DNA of 43,433 nucleotides from a virus. The stretch lies in UHGV virus genome UHGV-0259702; one strand, written 5' to 3'. The stretch's first letter is position 1. Every line of letters begins with the position of its first letter. The position numbers were made by a program, and so were the translations under genes. A model generated the notes under the pieces. It was not told the origin of the DNA. It did no database searches and was given only the letters and a program-made list of their open reading frames with translations. Positions 32,422 through 40,811 of this stretch are shown one piece after another.

Positions 32422-33840
32422 ATGAAGAGAGTACTAAGTGTCTTGCTGGCAGCAGTGCTTTGTGTGGGGATGCTGACAGGATGCGGGGAGAAGAAGGATG
32501 CCGGTGAGGTGGAGAGCGTTGATTTTGATGAATCTTCAAATATTTCTGTACAAATTAAAGATATGAAGTTTCAAGTTCCATCAAATTGGAATGAGTCTAC
32601 AATAGAAAGTTTTGGGGAAGAGGAACAGGTTCGATGTTTTAAGTCGGACGATGTCTATTTAAAAGTATTATATAACAAAAATGATATAGATAAATTGGAT
32701 GATGATGCATACAAGAGTCATATAACAGAAATAACTGGTTCACTCTATCCGTTTGCGATAAAGCGCATATATGATGAAAGTTATGGTGATATAAAAGCTA
32801 AAGTTGCGGATATTTCTTTTTATGAAAATGAGCGCCATTATGTTGGACATGTATTTACATTAGAACTTGGCGATTTCATATTTGGAATTGATGAAAAAAG
32901 CGAAAAAAACTACGAACGTGACATGGAACTAATTTTGCAATCAGCGCAAATTGTTAACGTAAAGAGTATATTAGAAGAATTGAAGGATGCAGGAATACCG
33001 ATAGAATATGATATTATTTATACGGATGAAACCGATCCGAATGATTCAAATCACGAATATATAGAAAAAGGAAATTTTGCTGATTCAAGAATAGAAGAGA
33101 AATACTCAAAAGAAGAACCATTAAGCGGAACAATAGAAATTTTCGATAGTAGTGATGCTGCCGTGGCAAGAGTTTATTATTTAGAATCATTGGACGCTCT
33201 TTCTCTTGATAGTTTCGCATACCGGATTGTATCTGAAAATGTTGTACTTCGTTTGAATGACAAATATTCAGAAGAGGAAATGCAAGAATTTGCAGATATC
33301 TTGAATGGAGAGATCCGAAGCAAAGCAAAAAGTGATTATGAAGATTTAACAGAAGAGTTGGAAAATCCATCAGCTATTCAGACAGGATATCAAACCGGAA
33401 TGTACAAAATAGGTACAGACATGCCAGCTGGAGAATATCTTATCACATCTTCTGGCGGCTATTATGCAGTGACAGCCGATTCCAGCGGAAGTTTGGAATC
33501 AATCATCAGCAATGACAATTATAGGAATAGAGCCTATGTTACAGTACAAGACGGACAGTATTTCCAGTTTGACGGAACGGCAGTTCCCGTCAGTGAGGCG
33601 GCTGCATTCGCTCTGGTTAATGGTACATATCCAGATGGAATGTATCTTGTAGGAAAAGATATTCCTGCAGGAGAGTATAAAGTATCAGCTGTGAATGGCG
33701 GCTATTACGAAGTTACCGCTAACTCAACAGGAAATTTAGGAACGATAATTGCAAATGACAACTTCGAAGGAGAAGTGTATTTGACAGTACAGGATGGACA
33801 GTATTTAAAATTAAGCAGAGCGCAGATTGTTGTGCAGTAA
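32422..33840 (+). CDS. Lipoprotein (472 aa) with two C-terminal ~75-aa repeat domains; candidate superinfection-exclusion or surface protein
   Basis: Signal peptide and lipobox MKRVLSVLLAAVLCVGMLTGC. Repeats GMYKIGTDMPAGEYLITSSGGYYAVTADSSGSLESIISNDN...VTVQDGQYFQF and GMYLVGKDIPAGEYKVSAVNGGYYEVTANSTGNLGTIIANDN...LTVQDGQYLKL. Confidence 0.7.
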   Translation: MKRVLSVLLAAVLCVGMLTGCGEKKDAGEVESVDFDESSNISVQIKDMKFQVPSNWNESTIESFGEEEQVRCFKSDDVYLKVLYNKNDIDKLDDDAYKSHITEITGSLYPFAIKRIYDESYGDIKAKVADISFYENERHYVGHVFTLELGDFIFGIDEKSEKNYERDMELILQSAQIVNVKSILEELKDAGIPIEYDIIYTDETDPNDSNHEYIEKGNFADSRIEEKYSKEEPLSGTIEIFDSSDAAVARVYYLESLDALSLDSFAYRIVSENVVLRLNDKYSEEEMQEFADILNGEIRSKAKSDYEDLTEELENPSAIQTGYQTGMYKIGTDMPAGEYLITSSGGYYAVTADSSGSLESIISNDNYRNRAYVTVQDGQYFQFDGTAVPVSEAAAFALVNGTYPDGMYLVGKDIPAGEYKVSAVNGGYYEVTANSTGNLGTIIANDNFEGEVYLTVQDGQYLKLSRAQIVVQ

Positions 33841-34088
33841 GTATAGAAACCACTTACTTCGGTAGGTGGTTTTCTTATACTCAATTTTAAGGAGAATATA
33901 AATGAAGTTAATTGAATATTGGGGAGGAGTACTTTCGGGGTATGCTCCTGATCTCCCCAAAAGCACAGAGAGACATGGCGAAATGCGGTGTCTTATTTTA
34001 ATTCCATAAGGTAGGGTGGAAAAATTTTGAAAAACCTCTTTACTTTTGTACGTACATAAGTTATAACATATGTACGGGCGAAAGTGAG

Positions 34089-34274
34089 GTGAAGATAATG
34101 TCCCCAAGAACAGGACGTCCAACAGCGAATAAAAAGACAGAGCGTCTTGAAATACGTCTGACACCGCAAGAAGCTGAAAAGCTTCAATATTGCGCAGACA
34201 AAATGTCAGTAAGCAAGACGGATGTTATAAATCGTGGAATTGATTTAGTACAAGCTGAATTGGACAAAAAATAA
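34089..34274 (+). CDS. Ribbon-helix-helix (CopG/antitoxin-like) DNA-binding protein (61 aa)
   Basis: GRPTANKKTERLEIRLTPQEAEKLQYCADKMSVSKTDVINRGIDLV has the RHH pattern. SD GAGGTGAagataATG. Confidence 0.6.
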   Translation: MKIMSPRTGRPTANKKTERLEIRLTPQEAEKLQYCADKMSVSKTDVINRGIDLVQAELDKK

Positions 34275-34393
34275 AACAACCGTCGCACCTACCACAGTAT
34301 CAACGGTTGTTCACACAAAGAAGTTTCCTTCTGTAAATATTATAATGCAGAATGAAGCTTCTTTCAAGAATTAAATATTGAAAGAAGACTTTT

Positions 34394-35065
34394 ATGTACA
34401 ATTTCTATGTATTAAATGGAAAGAAACTGATCGATTACAAGCCGAAAAGAGAACACTACGCAAGAGCGCTGGAGCGAATTACAGATGCAAATGGCAGTTA
34501 TGATTTAGAAAGACTCTGGCTGGAAAGACCAGATCAATTCAAACAAATATTATACCTGTCCATTAAATTTATTGAACATGTTTTTGACAATAGTTCTGAC
34601 TGCTCTCAAGAGGAAACACAATCGTGGTTCTTCATTGTAGAATTTATCAATCAGATGATTGCAAAAATCACACCGCGACAGTTCATGGAGATATTTCCTA
34701 TTGCCAAGGACTATGATGGTGAAAAATATGGGTGTAAAGATTATTTCTATACCAAAGATTATATGGCACGTTTGGGATATGATGCACCTATCGGAGAGGA
34801 AAAAGCCAGCGAGTTTTTACTGGAGTACTGGAATCCTCACATTATGGAATATGCAATTCATTGGATGGGAATCATCAATCAGATGCACCGTCTAAATGGT
34901 GGACGTGATATTTTCGTAGAATTTATGGAAGAACAAGGTATTTCTATTCCCACCTATCATAAGGAAGGAAATTATCTGGTGAATAACGAAACAGGTGAGA
35001 GATATAAAGCTCAGAAGCCGAAAAGAAGATTGAGAAAATTGTTTAGTGTAGTTTCAAATAAGTAG
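34394..35065 (+). CDS. Hypothetical protein (223 aa), no recognised domain
   Basis: ORF track. Weak SD. Follows the RHH gene after a hairpin and a TATAAT box. Confidence 0.5.
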   Translation: MYNFYVLNGKKLIDYKPKREHYARALERITDANGSYDLERLWLERPDQFKQILYLSIKFIEHVFDNSSDCSQEETQSWFFIVEFINQMIAKITPRQFMEIFPIAKDYDGEKYGCKDYFYTKDYMARLGYDAPIGEEKASEFLLEYWNPHIMEYAIHWMGIINQMHRLNGGRDIFVEFMEEQGISIPTYHKEGNYLVNNETGERYKAQKPKRRLRKLFSVVSNK

Positions 35066-35077
35066 GAGGAATCGATC

Positions 35078-35866
35078 ATGGAAAAAAGAATTGAACAGAC
35101 AATCAGCAGTATGGAAGTAGCAGAAATGGTAGGAAAAGCACACAATGACTTGATGAAAGATATTCGTAGATATTGCGAACAACTTTCACTGGGGAAAATT
35201 CCTCAGTCAGATTTTTTCACAGAATCAACTTATGTAAATGGTAGAGGAAAAGAGTATCCTTGCTACAATGTCACTAAGAAAGGTTGTGAATTTATCGCTC
35301 ACAAGTTGACCGGATTAAAAGGTACAGAGTTCACAGCGAAGTACATCAACCGTTTTCACGATATGGAAGATACCATTCGAGAAGGTATTCCGCAAAAGAA
35401 GAAACCTACTCACAAAGAAAAACTCCCATCCGTCAATCAGATGGTAAAGAACATCAAAGGTGCTCTCAATGATGCCGGAGTAGACTCTAAGTACATAGCT
35501 GCTGAAATTATCCGTATTTATTCAGACAACGGGTATCCAGTGAAAGTGCCGCTGATTTCAGAAGTTCCGGTCTTGTGGGATTGTACTACGATGGCGAAAG
35601 AGTTTGGTATTTTATCGGAAAGTGGCAGACCACACGATAAGGCAGTAAGTGCTATCATTCAGAAGTTGGATGTTTCAGAGGATGAAATTGTAAAGACAGC
35701 TTATAGCAGGAATGGACATGACGGCGTTACTGTTCAATATAAAGATTCTGTTTTCCAGAAGGTAAAAGAACGGCTGAAGGAAAATGGATATCCCACACTC
35801 ATTGAGCATCGGTTATCAAATGGTAGTACAAATAAATGCAAAGTTGTTTATCAGGAGGTGGCGTAG
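35078..35866 (+). CDS. Rha-domain protein, paralogue of the antirepressor N-terminus with an unrelated C-terminal domain
   Basis: N-terminal 100 aa are about 65-70% identical to 9702-10418 (GCEFIAHKLTGLKGTEFTAKYINRFHDME). C-terminal 160 aa are unrelated to KilAC. SD GTAGGAGGAatcgatcATG. Confidence 0.7.
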   Translation: MEKRIEQTISSMEVAEMVGKAHNDLMKDIRRYCEQLSLGKIPQSDFFTESTYVNGRGKEYPCYNVTKKGCEFIAHKLTGLKGTEFTAKYINRFHDMEDTIREGIPQKKKPTHKEKLPSVNQMVKNIKGALNDAGVDSKYIAAEIIRIYSDNGYPVKVPLISEVPVLWDCTTMAKEFGILSESGRPHDKAVSAIIQKLDVSEDEIVKTAYSRNGHDGVTVQYKDSVFQKVKERLKENGYPTLIEHRLSNGSTNKCKVVYQEVA

Positions 35867-35915
35867 GATGAGAAAGTATACAGAACAGGAACTGGAATAG
35901 ATTCGTGAGGAATAT

Positions 35916-36072
35916 ATGGATAAAGCGGCTTTTACTGCACCAGAAGAGGTTAGGAAGGCCTTGAATGAATTACATGAGGCGTTTAATGTGTACCTTGACG
36001 CATGCTCAGCGTTTGAATTTAACAGTGGTTTTTTATACGCTCAGATGCTGAGAGAATCAGAGGGGGAGTAAA
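35916..36072 (+). CDS. Small hypothetical protein (51 aa)
   Basis: SD GTGAGGAAtatATG. In frame with a 10-codon mini-ORF (35868-35900) that ends at TAG. Confidence 0.3.
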
Positions 36073-36075
36073 GGT

Positions 36076-36273
36076 ATGACAGAGAGACAGCTTATTGAAG
36101 AACATATCCCGGAACTTGCAGAGATTGTGGGAGAAGCGAGAAAATTAACACAGCAAGAGTATGAGGACTGGAGGAGTTTTGTTCTGAACAGTGCAACAGA
36201 GAAAACCAGAGGTTTTACAGAACGTGTAATACTCTTAATAGAACAGTGCTTGCAAGAAGAAAAGTGTGCATAA
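36076..36273 (+). CDS. Small hypothetical protein (65 aa)
   Basis: SD GAGGGGGAGtaaaggtATG. Confidence 0.4.
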   Translation: MTERQLIEEHIPELAEIVGEARKLTQQEYEDWRSFVLNSATEKTRGFTERVILLIEQCLQEEKCA

Positions 36274-36293
36274 TTAAATACAGTAATCAGAGC

Positions 36294-36326
36294 ATCTATC
36301 AGAAATGGTAGGTGCTCTTTTTATAC
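36294..36326 (+). terminator. Conserved terminator element copy 2 (GAGCAUCUAUC/GGUAGGUGCUC plus UUUUUAUAC)
   Basis: Near-identical to 26889-26920. Confidence 0.5.
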
Positions 36327-36353
36327 AAATTTTTAACCTGAGGTGGTGAGTAA

Positions 36354-39300
36354 ATGGCAGATGGAAAAGTTGTAATTGAAACAGATCTGGATTCTTCCGG
36401 GATAGAAAAAGGACTCAAGAAGTCAGAAAAATCTATGAAAGCACAAGCTGCCAGTATAGCAGCAGAGTACCGGAAACAGGGAATGAGTGCCAGTGATGCG
36501 TTTAAAAAGGCGTGGAGTGAAATAGAAAGAGGTTCGTCAGCATCTGCATCTACAGCGAAACGAGAATTCAGCGCAATGGGGCAGAGTGCAGAACAAGCGG
36601 CGAGTCATGCAGAACGAGAGTGGAAATCATCCAGTACCGGAATTGGAAGTGCGATATCTAAAATAGGAAGTTTAGCATCCAAAGGTTTAAAGGTCGCAAC
36701 GGTAGCGATTACGGGAACTGCAGCAGCACTTGGTGGAGTTGCAGCAGCGGCAATCAAGGTGGGTTCTGATTTTGAATCTCAGATGTCTAGAGTTAAGGCT
36801 ATCTCCGGAGCAACAGGAGAAGAATTTGAGCAATTAAAGGAACAGGCAATGCAGTTAGGTGCTGATACCTCGTTTTCTGCCAGTCAGGCAGCAGAGGGAA
36901 TGGAGAATCTGGCAGCAGCTGGTTTTACCACATCCGAGATTATGAGTGCAATGCCTGGACTTTTGGATCTGGCAGCAGCATCCGGTGAAGATCTGGCGAG
37001 CAGTTCGGATATTGCGGCATCAACCTTGAGAGGATTTGGACTGGCGGCATCCGATGCGGCGCATGTTGCCGATGTTCTGGCGGCGAATGCGAATCGTACA
37101 AATTCCTCTGTAGCAGATACCGGAGAGGCAATGAAGTATATAGCTCCTCTTGCAAGGGCAGCAGGACTTAGTTTGGAAGAGACAGCAGCGGCAATCGGAA
37201 TCATGGCGAATGCCGGAGTGAATGGCAGTCAGGCTGGTACTTCTTTAAGAGGAGCGTTATCACGGCTTTCAAAGCCAACGAAAGACATGTCTGAGGCTAT
37301 GGATGAACTTGGAATTTCCTTCTACGATTCCAACGGGAAAATGAAATCCCTGACGGAACAGGTTGGAATGCTCAGACAGGCAACAGAGGGAATGACGGAT
37401 GAGCAGAAAAATAATTATCTGGTCACCCTGTATGGACAAGAAGCATTGTCCGGTATGCTGGCATTGATCAATGAGGGAGAAGGTTCTCTCGGAGAACTGA
37501 CGAATGCCTATAAGAACTGTGATGGTGCAGCTCAAAAGGCAGCAGAAACAATGCAGGACAATCTATCCGGTGCATTGGAGCAGCTTGGTGGATCAGCACA
37601 AACCTTAGGGCTGGCGTTTTATAACAGTGTTGCAGACAATCTAAAAAATGCAGCAAAGACGGCAACGGAGAGCATCAACAATATCACGGATTCTTTTAAT
37701 AACGGTGGTCTGAATGAAGCGATCCAGACAGCAGGTGATGAATTTGCAAATCTTGCAGTAGAAGCAGCATCCCATGCCCCAGAAATGGTAGACACAGCAG
37801 TTGATTTTATAGAGGCATTTTCTTCTGGAATCGCTTCGAACAAAGGAAGAATTCTCGGTGCGGCCGGAGAGATGGCGGAGTCTATGGCATCCGGTCTGGC
37901 AGAGCTGTTACCATCCAAACTGCAAGAGCCGGTTGAGGATGCGATTGATGCAGTGGCAGAGTCATTGAGTGATGGTGGATTAAAAGAAGCAGCAGAGACA
38001 GCAGCGGATACATTGGGTAATGTAGTGGATGCTGTTGGGAATTTGGCTGATAAAGCACTCCCTCCACTGACAAAGACACTGGACTTTGCAGGAGAGAATC
38101 TGGACTTGATCGCAGCATCAGCAACGGCGGCTTTTACCGCATTTAAAGGATATAAAGTTGTCAATGAAACAACATCTATATTAAAAAAAGGTGTGAAAAC
38201 ATGGAAGACCGCTTCTGCAGCAGTGGATGCTTACTATGCTGCACAGCTTCTGGCTATGGAAAGTGGTGTTGCAACAAACGCTACACTTACAGCCGGGCAA
38301 GCAGTTGTTGGCATGTTTACAGGAAAGGTGAATTTAGCCACAAAAGCACAAACTCTTTGGAACGTTGCTATGAAAGCGAATCCGATTGGTCTTGTGATTT
38401 CTGCTGTAGCAGCTCTGGCAGCAGGTCTTGGTGTTTATGCTTTGACGCAGAAAGAAGCGGAGTCTGCTACAGATAAAGCCAATAAAAAACTGGCAGAACA
38501 GGCAGAAGCAATCCGGGAAACTCAGGCAGCAAGACAAGTGGAAGTTGCCGGAATCCAGACGCAATTTGGTCATTATCAGCAATTATGGGATGAGTTGCAG
38601 GGAATTGTTGATCAAAACGGAAAGATAAAGGAAGGATATGAGGAACGTGCAGCCTTTATCACATCCACATTATCCGAAGCACTTGGTGTAGAGATTGAAA
38701 CGACAGATGGTGTGATACAGAAGTATGGTGAGTTAACGCAATCCATTGATCAAGTGATTCAAAAGAAAAAAGCTGAGGCGATATTGTCTGCTTATGAAGA
38801 TGATTATACTGCAGCAATAAAAAATCAAGCGCAAGCAGCACAAGAAGTTGCGCGTACTTTTGATGATTATTCTGAAGCTAAGAAGAGAGCAAAGAAGGCG
38901 ACTGAAGAGTTAAAAGAAGCTGAATCTTCTATGACTGCAGAGCAAGCAGCAGGTTCTTTTGAGGTTATGCGTCTCCAACAGGCTCAGATGGAAGCAAATA
39001 CGGAATTGGACAAAGCCGAGAAAGCATTTAATGATGCAAAGATAGCTTCTAATGAATATTCTACAACTATCTCTAATTATGAAACTGCGATGGGATCAGT
39101 GGAATCTGGAAGTGCAAATGCAGCAGCAGCGGTTCTTGCACTGTCTAATGATTTGCAACGGGCGGGTGATGTGAGTGAATTCACATTACAAAAACAGGTT
39201 GATAGCTTTCGGAAAAGTTATGATGAGATGAAAGCAGCAGCGTCAGAAAAAGGATCTGGCGTAACAAATGAAATGGTGGCTCAGGCTCAAGCAATGTGGC

Positions 39301-40811
39301 TCATGGCTCAAATTGAGTACGAAAAGGGAACTACCAATAACACAGCTCAGATTGAAGCTTGGCAAAATGAAATCAATCAATTACTCGGAAACTCAGGTAA
39401 TCCAGAAGCAGCAGCCCAAGAAGCGAAAGAAACCACAGAAGCTGCAACGAACGCTTTACAAGAGGGAAAAGAACCAGTTAAGCAAGCCACGAAAGACGCT
39501 ATCGAGGGTGGTGTCAGTGAGGGGGCAGCAGAGGCAGATACTTCTACGGTTCCTGCTCAAAAAGGAAAAGAGGCGGCGGATAGTACTGCGAATTCTGTAA
39601 ACAGTGGAAAAACTGCGATCAATGAAGCAGCAAAAAGTGCTGTGAATGAGATCAATACAGGTGCAAGTGCTACAGATACGACAACGGTTCCTTCCAGCAA
39701 AGGAAGTGAGGCAACACAGTCTCTAATTGATGCGTTGCATGCGAATTCCAATGCCGTATTGATGGCAGCGGCTTCCTTAGGTGGTCAGATTCCACAAGGA
39801 CTGAATGGCATGGATATGTTGTCAGCTACGGCAGGATTTGGAAACAACGTAGGTTTTGGACTGTCATCCTCTTTGAGCGGTCAAGCCCCGGTTGTGCAGG
39901 CGGCTGCATCAGGTTTGGAAAATGCGGCTTTATCAGGACTTTCATCTGCAAATGTCTCGGGACAAGCGCAGACAATGGGAAGTCAGATCACAAACGCACT
40001 TGCAAATGGAATTGTTGGTGGTTCTGGATCAGTAAATGCGGCCGCATCTACATTAGGTGGAAATGCAGCAGTAGCATTATCGAATGTCAAGCTTTCCGAA
40101 AAAGGAAAACAGGAAGGAAAGAAACTTGGTGATGGTTTAAAGAGCGGGATTGATTCCGGAAAGAAAAATGCGGAGTCATCCAGTAAAAGCCTGGGAGACG
40201 GAGCGGTATCTGGTTTAAAGGGCGTTGGAATGAAAAGCGAGGCATACGATCAGGGATTGAATTTTTCCTATGGTCTTGCCAATGGTATTTCGGCTGGAAG
40301 CTCCGCGGCTATTTCTGCAGCTATCGCAGTTGCTTCTTCTGCACTGGCAGCAGCGAAAAGGGAACTTGATGAGCGTTCCCCATCCAAAAAAACCAGAGAA
40401 TTTGGTCAATTCTTCAGCAAAGGTCTGGCGTTAGGTATTAAGGATGAAGAAAAGTCGGTTGTAAAATCTTCCCGGAATATCTCAAACGCAGCACTGGAAT
40501 CTATCGATCTGTCCGCTGTTTCAGCACGGATGCGAGAGGTCATGGCTTTTAATGCATCCAGAGTGGCAAATCGTCCAGCAACATCTGTTGTGCAGTACAA
40601 GACGGATAACGCAGAAATCAGAAAGCTTCAGCAGCAGAATCAGGCGATTATGAGTGCAGTGGCAGGACTTTCTGATCTGGCAAAACGTCCGATCGAAGTA
40701 AGCACAACACTGAATGGAAGAGAATTGATTAAAGAAACAGCAGCTCCAATGCTGACAGAACAGCAAAGAATTACAGATTTTAAGAAATTACTGAAAGGAG
40801 AACGTACATGA
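36354..40811 (+). CDS. Tail tape measure protein (TP901-family core, 1485 aa)
   Basis: TP901-type TMP core region ...AISGATGEEFEQLKEQAMQLGADTSF...MANAGVNGSQAGTSLRGALSRL. Long A/Q/E-rich helical repeats. SD GAGGTGGTGAgtaaATG. Confidence 0.9.
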   Translation: MADGKVVIETDLDSSGIEKGLKKSEKSMKAQAASIAAEYRKQGMSASDAFKKAWSEIERGSSASASTAKREFSAMGQSAEQAASHAEREWKSSSTGIGSAISKIGSLASKGLKVATVAITGTAAALGGVAAAAIKVGSDFESQMSRVKAISGATGEEFEQLKEQAMQLGADTSFSASQAAEGMENLAAAGFTTSEIMSAMPGLLDLAAASGEDLASSSDIAASTLRGFGLAASDAAHVADVLAANANRTNSSVADTGEAMKYIAPLARAAGLSLEETAAAIGIMANAGVNGSQAGTSLRGALSRLSKPTKDMSEAMDELGISFYDSNGKMKSLTEQVGMLRQATEGMTDEQKNNYLVTLYGQEALSGMLALINEGEGSLGELTNAYKNCDGAAQKAAETMQDNLSGALEQLGGSAQTLGLAFYNSVADNLKNAAKTATESINNITDSFNNGGLNEAIQTAGDEFANLAVEAASHAPEMVDTAVDFIEAFSSGIASNKGRILGAAGEMAESMASGLAELLPSKLQEPVEDAIDAVAESLSDGGLKEAAETAADTLGNVVDAVGNLADKALPPLTKTLDFAGENLDLIAASATAAFTAFKGYKVVNETTSILKKGVKTWKTASAAVDAYYAAQLLAMESGVATNATLTAGQAVVGMFTGKVNLATKAQTLWNVAMKANPIGLVISAVAALAAGLGVYALTQKEAESATDKANKKLAEQAEAIRETQAARQVEVAGIQTQFGHYQQLWDELQGIVDQNGKIKEGYEERAAFITSTLSEALGVEIETTDGVIQKYGELTQSIDQVIQKKKAEAILSAYEDDYTAAIKNQAQAAQEVARTFDDYSEAKKRAKKATEELKEAESSMTAEQAAGSFEVMRLQQAQMEANTELDKAEKAFNDAKIASNEYSTTISNYETAMGSVESGSANAAAAVLALSNDLQRAGDVSEFTLQKQVDSFRKSYDEMKAAASEKGSGVTNEMVAQAQAMWLMAQIEYEKGTTNNTAQIEAWQNEINQLLGNSGNPEAAAQEAKETTEAATNALQEGKEPVKQATKDAIEGGVSEGAAEADTSTVPAQKGKEAADSTANSVNSGKTAINEAAKSAVNEINTGASATDTTTVPSSKGSEATQSLIDALHANSNAVLMAAASLGGQIPQGLNGMDMLSATAGFGNNVGFGLSSSLSGQAPVVQAAASGLENAALSGLSSANVSGQAQTMGSQITNALANGIVGGSGSVNAAASTLGGNAAVALSNVKLSEKGKQEGKKLGDGLKSGIDSGKKNAESSSKSLGDGAVSGLKGVGMKSEAYDQGLNFSYGLANGISAGSSAAISAAIAVASSALAAAKRELDERSPSKKTREFGQFFSKGLALGIKDEEKSVVKSSRNISNAALESIDLSAVSARMREVMAFNASRVANRPATSVVQYKTDNAEIRKLQQQNQAIMSAVAGLSDLAKRPIEVSTTLNGRELIKETAAPMLTEQQRITDFKKLLKGERT

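Noticed and set aside
35868-35900. Ten-codon mini-ORF with strong SD, in frame with 35916-36072 across a TAG
   Set aside because: This could be stop-codon read-through or a recent nonsense mutation. TAG is used as a normal stop elsewhere (repressor, hicA), and the downstream ATG has its own SD. Treated as separate, with the short one probably not meaningful.
36884-38164. Several minus-strand ORFs (106-181 aa) inside the tape measure gene
   Set aside because: They are antisense shadows of the Ala/Gln-rich repetitive tape measure coding sequence, with no starts or SDs.
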